Shown piece by piece: positions 12,929-23,367 of a stretch of 64,000 nt of DNA. Origin of the DNA: Phyllobates terribilis (taxonomy: Eukaryota); contig NW_027362762.1 of assembly GCF_046119375.1 (NCBI RefSeq), positions 341,620,001 to 341,684,000 on the forward strand, read 5' to 3'. The number at the start of each line of letters is the position of its first letter. Position 1 is the stretch's first letter. The position numbers were made by a program, and so were the translations under genes. A model generated the notes under the pieces. It did not search any database, was not told where the DNA came from, and was given only the letters and a program-made list of their open reading frames with translations.

Positions 12929-14825
12929 GGACGTGGTATTTAAACCGGCAGACAAGGGAGGGAACGTTGTGATCTGGCCAGTCGCAAAATATGAGAAGGA
13001 GGCTTTTAGACAACTGCGGGATAGAGCCTCTTATATCTCTCTATCTAATAATCCATTAACAACCTTTATGGCTGAACTCTTTGACATTCTGGAACGAGCT
13101 TATGAGCAGGGTATTATTCCTAAAAAGATCTTTGATGGCCTATGCACTAAATTTCCAGTGACCCCAACATTTTATCTGCTACCTAAGGTCCATAAGAGCC
13201 TTATGGACCCCCCGGGGCGTCCCATTGTCTCTGGCATTGGAGGGCTGTGTGATCCAGTTTGTAAGTTCATTGAATACTATCTTCATCCACTGGTGGAGAC
13301 GCTGCCCTCCTATGTCAGGGACACTGGTGACGTCCTGAGAAAAATAGAGGGTTTGCATTTGGACACGGATATGACCCTGGTGGCTATTGATGTGGAGTCA
13401 CTTTATACGAGCATAGGTCATGAGGATGGCTTACGAGCCGTTGAGTTCTTTCAGGAGTCTAGTGATTTAAATGCCCCACTTCGTGCACTGTTGATGGAAT
13501 TATTACAATTTATATTGACTCATAATTTTTTCATTTTCAAAGATAGTTTTTTTTTACAGAAACGCGGCACTGCGATGGGCGCGGCGTGTGCCCCATCGTA
13601 CGCTAATCTCTTCCTCGGCTATTGGGAGAGGGAGATTTTCGAGGATGGGGTGGGCGCCGCCTCCCATGCGCAGTGCTGGTATAGATACATTGACGATATT
13701 TTTTCTATCTGGCAGGGTCCCGAGCCTGAGCTACATGAGTTTATCTCCTCTTTAAATCATAACGATCGGAACATCAAACTCACATATAAGTACAATCGGA
13801 GTGAAATTGAATTCTTGGACATTAGGATCATTGTCCAGCAGGATGGCAGGATGGAGACCGACGTCTTCCGTAAGGAGACGTCGGTCAACTCTCTGTTTCA
13901 TGCTACTTCAGCACATACTTCATCTACCATCCGGGCCATTCCTGTAGGACAATATCTAAGAATGAAACGTATTTGCTCTTCAGAGGTGGCTTTTGAGGCT
14001 CAGGCTCGGGACCTTAACCATAGATTTCGGGACCGTGGATACAGTGCACGAAGTATCAAAAGGGGCTACAGACGTGCAAGGAGGACTCCACGAGTCTCCC
14101 TCCTAGTAAATACAACAAAAAAACAGGAGGAGAGAGACTCTCCCATCAGATTTATTTCCACCTACAATAATCGGTGGCAGGAAATACGTGAGATCCTATC
14201 TAGACACTGGCCCATATTAAAAACGGAACCGATACTTAATCAAATCTTACCTGAGAGACCATTAATGACAGCAAGGCGGGGTAAAAGTTTAAAAGACTCT
14301 TTGGTAAGAAGCCACTATGTCGCCCCTTCAACTACTCTGTTTGGAGTTGGAAAACCAAAGTGGGGTTGCTATCCGTGTGGTTCCTGCTTGGCCTGCAGGA
14401 ATATAGAGAGGGCCATGACATTTTCATCCACAGATGGCGTACGGAACTTTAAGATTACCCGTCATATTTCCTGTAGCTCCACGCATATTATTTATATGGC
14501 CCGATGTCCTTGCAATTTGAGTTATGTGGGGCTCACATCTAGGGAATTTCGGGTTCGAGTGAGAGAACACATGCGAGCTATATTGGCAGCACGTGAGGTC
14601 TCTGATTTAGCGCTACTGAAGACTATCCCGCGGCACTTCAAGCTGCGCCACAACTGTGACCCCTCTTGCCTCAAATTCAGAGGCATCGATCAGATACACC
14701 TCGGTAGTCGGGGTGGGGACCACAAGCGTATTTTGGCGCAGCTGGAGTGCCGCTGGATAGCTGTCCTGGACACTGTGACCCCTAGGGGTCTCAATGAGCT
14801 CAATAGTTTTGCTCCTTATTTGTAG
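12929..14825 (+). pseudogene. 5'-truncated inverted copy of the Penelope-like ORF (RT C-terminal part + GIY-YIG)
   Basis: Open frame matches the 1056-aa protein from DVVFKPADKGG onward with 8 amino-acid differences; the annotated start at 12900 lies in pLTR sequence across the inversion junction. Confidence 0.9.
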
Positions 14826-15274
14826 ATTGATCTTTTTTCTCTCTCCCCTTTTTATGTGTGGATTTTAAATTATTATTTGTTTCATTGTTTTTTTCAGTAT
14901 ATTTGCTTTTTGGGTACATACTTGGACCATAATTGGACTGATCTCAACTTTATCTGGACATACCCTTCTTAGTATGGATGAAATGAATTCCCTACATGTT
15001 GAATCTTGGATACCATCAACATAATATGATCTACACTAAAAAGCCCCATTGAAGATATATATTTTTATTTAAATTCTTCTGATTACGAGATGTGGGTATT
15101 AGAATATTTTGGACGGATAACTTATGATGGCTATTTTCATTTTGGTATGTCTTGATGGCACATACAATGGGTGTCCACGTTGTGCTTATATATATTGTTA
15201 TCGGGTGTATGGCCTGTATGTATCATTATACTTGCCCAGTTGTTATTCCCTTCTTACGTTGTCTACTGCTGAGC

Positions 15275-15494
15275 TGCGCGTGCGCAGGCCCGCCCCGGCC
15301 CGTCGCGTCATCAAGGCTTCCGTATGATGGGGAGGTGGGCCTTTGACGTCACTGGAACGCATTTTTCCGGCCCACAGCCCCGACAGGAAATGGCCGGATA
15401 TGACGCGTCTCGGGGGGGCGGTAACTCTCGCACGCGCTGCATACACCGGCATTGACACCGGCATCCTAATTATTCTGGGCATTTAAAAATGGCG
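15275..15494 (+). promoter_or_regulatory. CpG-rich putative PLE promoter (mirror copy on the minus strand at about 8511-8730)
   Basis: NRF1-like TGCGCGTGCGCA (15275), GC box, CRE TGACGTCA (15344), ETS-like GGAAAT, and ATTTAAAAATGGCG (TATA-like plus YY1-like) just upstream of the hammerhead and ATG. Confidence 0.5.
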
Positions 15495-15512
15495 ATCCAC
15501 ACGCTCTATCAC

Positions 15513-15553
15513 AGCCTCCAGAAGAAGCAACACGCGAAACGCGCGTCGGGGCT
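15513..15553 (+). ncRNA. Minimal hammerhead ribozyme motif in the inverted-arm pLTR
   Basis: Exact reverse complement of 8452-8492; GUC ends at 15547. Confidence 0.7.
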
Positions 15554-17741
15554 TCAGTGCGGCATAGGGGCTACTACACAGATGGGTGAGTCATTTAGGA
15601 GTTTGCATCATATAACCTGTATTAACTCTATGGCACATAACCTTATGGGGTAGTCTATTATGTACAGCTCACACTATCCTTCATTCCATTTGAAGGAGGA
15701 TGATGTTCTTAGCCACATATAATTATATTGTACTTTTTTGATTACAGAATTTGCATATTGTGGCTTACCTCTCTCATATGTTTGGACCTTGGTATCCTAC
15801 ACATATAGATTTTTGTTGCTGTGGATTGAGGACTCGCGATATATATTTCTTTAGTGCCTGTCTCTATATATATTTTTTACATTTCTTGAATGACACCATC
15901 TGAACCCAGATCTATTTGCCAAACTGATTTCGTGTGATTCTTACCCCAAGGGATCTATTTACTGTTTTAAGCAAATTGTGTGTGTTTTTCTTTTTATATT
16001 GCAATTTAATAAAATTTATATTTTAGTAACTCTTTTGTCTTGTGGGATTTATACTCCATTCATTTGTAGGAGATGTCCCTACTTTCCTGGCCTGGGTGGG
16101 GGAGGGGACAGATAAGGGCTGATTTAGGAGCTCAGCAAGGCACAAAGCCCTGATGTCTTCCCCATTAGAAGTAATCTGAAGAGCAGGGATAGCTAGGACA
16201 CCCCTAACTTTAGGCATAGGGAAGGAGCCCCTAGCCCTGGGATATCAAACAACAGTGCAGTGACAAGACGCTTGTCAGTCACTGTCAGAAGGCGGGGGGG
16301 AGGAGCCGGCGGTTGACCCACCTGTACAACTAGTCACTTATGCGGCTTGGTCTCCAGCGGCTATCAAAAGTATACCGTTCTCTGAAACACTGCAATGGTT
16401 CAGAATCAAACATACCTGCATGTGATTGTACAGCCAGTGGCTGATACATGCTGCCCACAGTTTGGGCAGCATCTGTCACCTGTCAGATTCCCTTTGAACA
16501 GTAACTCTAATATGTTCAGTGCTGGTGGTCACAAGTGCTCAGATGCTCAGTCAGTCCACCAGGATCCTCTTGTACACAGAGGGCTGAATGATTCCTCCTA
16601 CGGGGTAGATTAGACAAGGTGAATTAGTGCACAAGAAGCGGCTTCTTTTTGCAAAACTACATTTTTTCTAATCTAAAGAAAGATACTTTTGATAACATTA
16701 TGCATAAAAAAACTTCTACATAAAAATGATCCTATAGGGTATTGCTGCAGAAGAAAGATATAATAATATGCAGAAAACAGATTTACGTGACTATGCTCTT
16801 CTACCTATTCAACGTAATTGTAATTTTCTAATTATAGAAGAACGTGTTGATGTGACTGAGGGCAGAAATTTGCTTAAGCTTGGAGAAAAGTAAATAAATA
16901 AGTATACCCATTAAACTGATCATTAACGCAGAGTGTAAATTAAAAATCAATATCATTATTTTTAATGGCAGTCATTTCTGTAACACCGAAAAAAACTTGC
17001 TGATGAACTAGTAGAAGACCAAAACACTTAGCTTATTACTCCATAATTGGCCTCTTCTAGGCTGCTGGTTTCCACCACCTAGAGATTTACACATGGTGGA
17101 GATAATTTTGCCATGATCACTGTTCCACTCAACTGCAAAAGCTATTCATTATTCAGCATGAAGTAATTGTGGGTTAGCGAGAAGCCAATAACTCCAGAAA
17201 TATCGCATTACGGTCACGTTATTTAATAGGTTTACTATTTAGAAAATACTGCATATCTAATTGTAGTGTACAAGGAAATGACATCTAAGGTGACCTAGAT
17301 TGTATTTTCTTCCCACGGGCTCAGATCCAATTTATTGATAATTTTTATAGGATACAGTGTTACATATACTGTAGTATGAAATATCAAGTGATGCTGAGAA
17401 AACTACAATGATATTGTTGTATTATTTCTTAGTTCATAGCAACATACTGTAGACTTGCACAGTTTGAGTATAATATAATCTGATAAAAAGAAAGATAATC
17501 TTCATTTAAGCAAAAGGGAGAGGGGCATGTAAATAAAACTGATTTTCAGCCATATTGTGGCTAAACCATGCCTGCTATGTGTGCCTATTGGTTTCAAGTT
17601 CAATATCGGTCATTTATTTCTACTACAGCTGTATAAAACTGGGACAATATAACCAGTGATTCGGAAGGCAAAGACAGGCCTTATTCAGATGTCTATTTTT
17701 CACATACATGTTCTGTCTGTATTGTTCACGGTAAGAACACA

Positions 17742-18744
17742 TGTGGCACCCCAGGGGTCTGGTTTCCCACAGTAATGTAATGTTATGTCTGAGAGCAGGT
17801 GGGAGGTCCTTTGGTCAGGGATCCTGTGCATGCCACACCTCCTGCCCAGTCTTGGGAGGGGAAGAACTTCCCCTATATAAACCCGGGGCTGAGGCAGGGT
17901 GAGGAGTAGAGAAGAAGTAGAGACGAGAAACAGTCATAGGAAGAAACAGCAGAAGCTCAGTGGGAGCAATACTACTACGAGTCAGGGGCTGGCAGCTGCA
18001 GAGCTCGCCCTGACTGAGAAGCTTTCTTACCGGACCCGGCGTCCGAGGCTGTGGGGACTAACTCTTACCCAGCAGCAAAAGCCGACCGGCAGGGGATTTC
18101 AGGTCCCCAGGCCCAGAAACCCAAAGGCACGGTCACACGCGTGGGACCAGCAGCGCCATCGTGGAGCGGAAGCCATAGAAGGCCCCGAGTCACCGGCCAT
18201 ACGGGTGAGCACCACACGGTACACTCAGGGACGTGGGCTACTTATATCCGCTTCTAGCAAGGTAGCCAGAGGAGTACAGTCAGTTTGGGAGGCCTACAAC
18301 TCCGCCTGGCCAGGGGAGATCCCATCTGCTCAAGGACTGACCAGGCCCCGTTCGCTAGCAAGTACTCCGGGAGGGTCTATCGTTGTTACCAGTAAAGACC
18401 CTGAATTACACCGCACCGTCTCTGAGTGGTTCCTGCTACCCCCATCTTCCACGACGGCTGCCCTGAGGCCATACCCCTCCCGTTGGGGGTTATACTATCA
18501 CGCTGCACAATTCTACACCGGCCTCAGCGGTCTGCCCTGCAGCGGCAGCTCCATAGCTGCAAATCAACGGGTGGCGTGGTCGACACTCAAATAACATCTA
18601 TCAAGACTGCCACACACTGAGTTTGACTCCCTGGGCACGGACCGGGTCCCCGCCACTCGGAGACTACAACCCTCATCTGATCCGGTTCCGGGTAAGCCCC
18701 GTGCGCGAGACGCTGCGCGACACAGCAGGCCCAGGGGCGCGTCA
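17742..18744 (+). mobile_element. Solo LTR related to the cold-shock-domain element LTR
   Basis: TG...CA termini, 4-bp TSD CACA, TATATAAA near 17874, AGTAAAGACCC, and several U5 blocks shared with 20118-21332. Confidence 0.85.
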
Positions 18745-19544
18745 CACATACCTATTACAATCAATGTGGCTGTTCACAATTTAGAGTTTTTTTGTCAACC
18801 AAACAGTCCAGAAAAATAGCAGAGACATGTCCAGTTTTGATCTGAGTCATGGATCAAAATTACCCATAAAAGTCTATAAGTCCATAAAAATCAGGGACAA
18901 CACAGGGATGCAATTTTTTAGCATTGCACTGGGTAAGAAAAAAATCCCTGATGCAATATTGCTGGTAACAGCTAAAACACTGACTTCTGAATAAGGTATA
19001 AAGACCAGGGTCAGGACTAGATATTTTGGTGCCCTAGGCAGTTGAAGTCTATGGAGACTCCACCCCTCAGCCCCCAAGCAAAGGAGTGGGTTAGAGTCTA
19101 AGGTAACAGGACCCCTAATGCACCCTCCTCCGATAGGTCAGGTAACAACCTCTTACTATCATTTCCACTAGAATTGTTATCTTTTTCACCTAAAATACCA
19201 GCAAAAAAAGTAAAAAAGTGGTGTACTTTAGGGGTGAGGCTCAACAGGGTCTGCAATTTCAAAGTTAGATATAGATATAGAATCATTCATTATTTGGGGA
19301 GCATTTACACAATACGAGGGACAAATAGCAATATTCATCCTTGACATCCTATATTTTAAATGTCAGACAGAAGGACAGTCATGGAAACTAATATTGATTA
19401 ACTATAATGGGGGCAGTTTGGTTTCAATTAAAGTGTCCAGCATTTGGCGGATATACTAATGGAAATTAAACAGAACCCATGATAAATAAAGGGATAAGTC
19501 TGAAGATTTTTGAGTCTGCCATGTAACAAAAACAGCTTGCAACA

Positions 19545-20110
19545 AAGCTGATGGTGGTTCTAGTGTCATATTCCCATTCTGATTGTTGTTCTGGTGATAT
19601 ATTTCTGTTTAGATAGTGGTTCTGGTTTACAAATTACTGTAGCGATGGTTATTCTACTGCTGTATTCATATACTACTGAAGGTTCTGATGTTGTATTCAT
19701 GTAGTGATGACGATCCTGGTGATGTATTCATGTAGGCATGGTTATTCTTGTGACATATTCATCACCAAAACCACCATCAGTATATGACTACGAAACCAAC
19801 AACAGTACATGAATAGAACACCAGAGCCATCAATAGCACATAAATACAACACTAGAACCATCATTAGAAAATAAATAGGTCACTAAAACCACCATCAGCA
19901 CATAAATATGTCACCAGAACCACCATCAGTAAATGAATACAATGCAAGTACCATCATAAGTACATGAATGCATCAACAGAACCACCATAAGTACTTGAAA
20001 ACAAGAACCAAGCTTAGTACAGCAATAAATAGTAATGTCAGGTCAGCCCCATACACAATTGTATTGCATGAACCTACAACTCCCAGTATGTCCTTAACAA
20101 TGGCAAGTAG
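19545..20110. repeat. Degenerate minisatellite of about 30 bp, in two opposed orientations
   Basis: GCTGATGGTGGTTCT-type units to about 19740, then ACCACCATCAG-type units; target of the LTR insertion at 20118. Confidence 0.5.
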
Positions 20111-20431
20111 ATGCTGGTGTAGCACCCTGAGGATTCGGCTGCTACAGGGGTATTGCACCTCAACCCAGAGGTGTGATATTCCACTCCCGGGTAAGGATGG
20201 AGTGTGGATCTGAGCTCAGATAGACTGCATGCACTACATACATCCCATTCCAGAGGAGCAGGCCGACGGTACTCCCACTTAGAAATGTGCAGGTACAACC
20301 GAGCCTGTTCCTGGCTGGAGTGGGAGGGGGGTGGTACATCCCATGTAGTGTAGGGGCAGAAAGGGGGAGCAGTCTGGGTAGTGATAGGAGCTCATTGGGT
20401 GCTGGTCACCTGAGCTCACACATAGAGGGTG

Positions 20432-20962
20432 TATATAAGGTGGGCACCATCAAAGATCAGGGTCAGACGCAGAGAGGAAGTCAGATGCAGAGGACAAGCC
20501 TGCAGCAAGAGAGAGAAAGAAACAACAGCCCTGGAGAGAGAGTGGAGTGCAGAAAGACCCAGAGGGGGACAAAGAAGGGACCCAAGAACCCAAATAAGAA
20601 CACCGGGTGAGGAGTCAGCAGAAGGGTACCGGAACCCAAGCTGGTGGGGGCAAAGACATTCCCCAGCCAGAGACCGGAGACCGTGGGCAGTGTCTGTCAC
20701 GGTCACCCACTACATTCACCCTGAAGGCACACCACATGGAGGGTCAGGGAACCTTAGGCCAAAGGTTGCCCAACAGAAGGCCCGAGGGAGCTGGATTTAG
20801 GTGAATCACTGGTGGGGACGGCTGAAGAAAGGACAGAGGGAGAGCTCAGGGCCACGCTCCGGACTTGTTTGGGGGTTGGCTGGATCCAGGACCTGGTGGA
20901 CGCAGCACGGCTCGGGAGGTCACTTGGAGCTAGAGTGACCAGGAACATCTGCAGTAAGTAAA
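20432..20962 (+). promoter_or_regulatory. LTR TATA box (20432-20438) and AGTAAA polyA-signal variant (20957-20962)
   Basis: TATATAA and AGTAAAGACCC both occur in the related solo LTR at 17742-18744. Confidence 0.55.
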
Positions 20963-21336
20963 GACCCTTAACTGCACAACCCGAGTCTGTCATCATTACC
21001 GGCTGCACCGCACCACCACAACCCCCATCCTCTGCGCCTGTCCCCTCTGAGGCTATACCCCTCCCGTTGGGGGTTATCCCACCAAGCTGTGCACCCACCA
21101 TCAGCCTCAGCGGACCCTGCAGCAGCGGCGGCCACAGTGACCGCATCACAACGGGTGGCGTAGTCGACACAACGAACTTTAATAACATCAGTAAGGACTG
21201 CCACATAACACTGAGCTTGACGCCCTGGGCACGGGACCGGGTCACAGCCGCTCGGAGACTACAACCCCCCCCCCATCTGATCCGGTGCCGGGTATTCCCC
21301 TCAAAAAGGAATATGTCCCAGGGGGCGCGTCAACTT

Positions 21337-21355
21337 TGGCGTAGTCGGCAGGATT
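21337..21355 (+). promoter_or_regulatory. Primer-binding site complementary to the tRNA-Ser 3' end
   Basis: TGGCGTAGTCGGCAGGATT, 4 nt after the 5' LTR; reverse complement of the vertebrate tRNA-Ser end AAUCCUGCCGACUACGCCA (recalled sequence). Confidence 0.9.
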
Positions 21356-21591
21356 ACGTGCCCGCAACACCCGGGTACTGCGTGCCTGAAGAAAAGTGCA
21401 AGTTTACCTCAGAAAGAAGTCTCCCGCCGGTTCCGGAGGGTCCACGCCATCGGACTCCATCACCAGTCGTTTCCCGCCGATTGTCCGCCATTTCCAGCTT
21501 GTTCCCGCCATCTGCAGAGTTTCCCGCCACTGGGAAGCGATTCCCGCCAAAACCGCAGATTTCCCGCCCTGGAAGAGCAGCGGACGCCATT

Positions 21592-23367
21592 ATGGGCGTG
21601 CCAAAGGAGAGCAAGAGGCTACCTCCCATCGTGGGCCGGGACAGAAAATGGCGCCAAAAGTGGAAACCGCCCCCACCAACAGAGACTGTGATGCTGGAGG
21701 TGTCTGTCAGCGTGAAAGAACTCCCCCTGGAGCTGACAGTCACCGAGTTGCCCCGGGACCGCCCTCGAAGTAGGAGGAGACGAAAGAAAAGAGAAAAGAT
21801 GGGTGTCGCTTGGAGCAGTCTAGAACGAGCGCACCCGGAGGCAAGGTGTCTAGAGCGAGAGCACCCGGAGTCGAGGAGAGAAAGAGTAGACCCGGGAATG
21901 GAGCGGCAGCAGAGCAGCACCGGCCCGCTGGCCAGGAGCCTGCTGGAGGAAGAAGGAGGAGAGCAGAGCAGCACCGACCCGATGGTCAGGAGCCTGCTGG
22001 AGTCAACAACCCCGCTAGGCTTAGCGGAGATCCTGGCGCAGCTTCCCCGAGACCGGGAGTGCGCGCGGAGTGCCCTGGAGGGCCTCGCGGGAAGGATGGC
22101 CCGAGTGCAGAGGGAGATCCTGGCGGAGTGGGGCCGGGAGATGGCCCAGCAAGCTGGAACCCGTCCACGGAGCCCGCTCCCTTGGAAGAAGACATCGACT
22201 GCCTCTGCGGATGACGCGGGAGGACCCAAGGCCGGAGACGGCGCAGAAGAGGGAGCGAGACGCATGGCAGCGGGTAAGGGGGACGCCTATACCCCATACC
22301 GGAAGACCGCTTACCTGCCCCAGCTCCCCGTCGCAGAGCCCGAAGGTCCCCCGGCCGTACCCGAGACCGCCATGACACCGCCACCGACTAGGCCCCGACC
22401 GGAAGCCGCCGTCGCGACCCCGGTGACGTCACGCGTCGTGACCCGGAGCGTGGCGAAGGAGGAGGAGCCTCCGGCCTGGTCGCAGGGCCTAGCGTTTCCG
22501 GGCGCCGCATCCCCAGCAGAGCCATCTACCTCCGCGGAGCCTCCGGCCTGGTCGCAAGGCCAGGTAGCCCAGGGCGCCGCCGTCCTAACAGTTCCATTTA
22601 CCTTCCAGATGCCCCCGGCCTGGCCGCAAGGCCTGGGCAACCTGGGTGCCCCCACCATCGCGCCCGCACCCGCAACACCAAGGGTGCCATATCTGGGAGA
22701 GGACCCCTTCAGCCAGCTAACGTGGCCGGACGGGCGGCCTTTCATCTGGCCCAAAGAATTCTTGGAACTGGAGCGACAAAAGAAGTTGGGGCCCTTGTGT
22801 GAGCCCCTAATCCCGGCTCCGAAGCCCGTGACTCGGGTCTCGCCTCCACTCGAGGAAGCCCAGTTCGTGTGGGACCCCACGGGAGAAGATTTGATGGGGT
22901 TCACCGGAGAGACTCGGGCAGCTGCAGCAGAGCGTACCGAGTGTTGCCGTCAACAGCTGGCAGAGTTCAAGAGAGAGCGGGAGGAGAGGCGGGCCAGAGA
23001 GCAATGGGCCCAGACCCGCAGCGCGGAGCAAAAGAGTCGGACCAGAAGGAACCCCCGTGCAGCAGATCGTCCCCGTACCATCGGGACGGTAATAAAGTTT
23101 AATGCGCAGCATGGGTGGGGCTTCATAAGGGACCGGAACACCATGGGTGACGTCTTCGTTACTCGACGGGACGTCGAGTCCCACCTTCCAGAGGGTCACA
23201 AAGGCCGTGACCTCTACGTCGGTGACGAGGTAACGTTCACCCGGCACAAGTGTGCCAAGGGACCTTATGCCCTCCACGTGCACCGCCTGACGGAGGAGGA
23301 GTTGCGGTGTAGGGAGGAGGAGCCAGAAGACCCGGACGGGTTCAAGGCTAGAAGGTACTATGACTGA
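21592..23367 (+). CDS. 591-aa protein: basic, proline-rich and coiled-coil low-complexity regions with a C-terminal cold-shock domain (about 23080-23290)
   Basis: ATG 21592 has A at -3 and G at +4; the frame is open from 21067 (another in-frame ATG at 21313). CSD: GTVIKFNAQHGWGFI (RNP1), DVFVT (RNP2), LYVGDEVTF, KGPYALHV. Confidence 0.85.
   Translation: MGVPKESKRLPPIVGRDRKWRQKWKPPPPTETVMLEVSVSVKELPLELTVTELPRDRPRSRRRRKKREKMGVAWSSLERAHPEARCLEREHPESRRERVDPGMERQQSSTGPLARSLLEEEGGEQSSTDPMVRSLLESTTPLGLAEILAQLPRDRECARSALEGLAGRMARVQREILAEWGREMAQQAGTRPRSPLPWKKTSTASADDAGGPKAGDGAEEGARRMAAGKGDAYTPYRKTAYLPQLPVAEPEGPPAVPETAMTPPPTRPRPEAAVATPVTSRVVTRSVAKEEEPPAWSQGLAFPGAASPAEPSTSAEPPAWSQGQVAQGAAVLTVPFTFQMPPAWPQGLGNLGAPTIAPAPATPRVPYLGEDPFSQLTWPDGRPFIWPKEFLELERQKKLGPLCEPLIPAPKPVTRVSPPLEEAQFVWDPTGEDLMGFTGETRAAAAERTECCRQQLAEFKREREERRAREQWAQTRSAEQKSRTRRNPRAADRPRTIGTVIKFNAQHGWGFIRDRNTMGDVFVTRRDVESHLPEGHKGRDLYVGDEVTFTRHKCAKGPYALHVHRLTEEELRCREEEPEDPDGFKARRYYD

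Larger units (their letters stand above)
7854..16075 (-). mobile_element. Penelope-like element (Neptune-type): pLTR-ORF-pLTR plus a 3148-bp inverted arm
   Basis: Direct repeats 7854-8501 and 12282-12929 (offset 4428); inverted arms 7929-11076 and 12929-16076; 13-bp TSD TCCCTACTTT(T/C)CT at 7841-7853 and 16076-16088. Confidence 0.95.
7358..16267 (+). mobile_element. Probable solo LTR (boundaries approximate) split by the Penelope-like insertion, itself sitting inside a palindromic MITE
   Basis: LTR-like sequence with TATATA (about 7546) on the left and a GTGACA end at 16267; flanks 7283-7318 and 16322-16355 are inverted copies of each other; no TSD found. Confidence 0.4.

Noticed and set aside
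7929-16076. Inverted duplication as an assembly or fold-back artefact
   Set aside because: Arms differ at 12 or more sites, end at different points and are enclosed by a TSD; read support should still be confirmed.
17899-18594. 231-aa ORF
   Set aside because: Lies wholly within a solo LTR, has a non-ATG start and no domain.
21354-23283. Antisense ORFs (303, 197, 158 and 132 aa) as extra genes of the cold-shock element
   Set aside because: No recognisable motifs; expected shadows of a GC-rich coding strand.
21592-23367. Host YBX or LIN28 gene or processed pseudogene
   Set aside because: Similarity is limited to a diverged CSD, there are no LIN28 zinc knuckles or polyA tail, and the ORF lies between LTRs with PBS and PPT.
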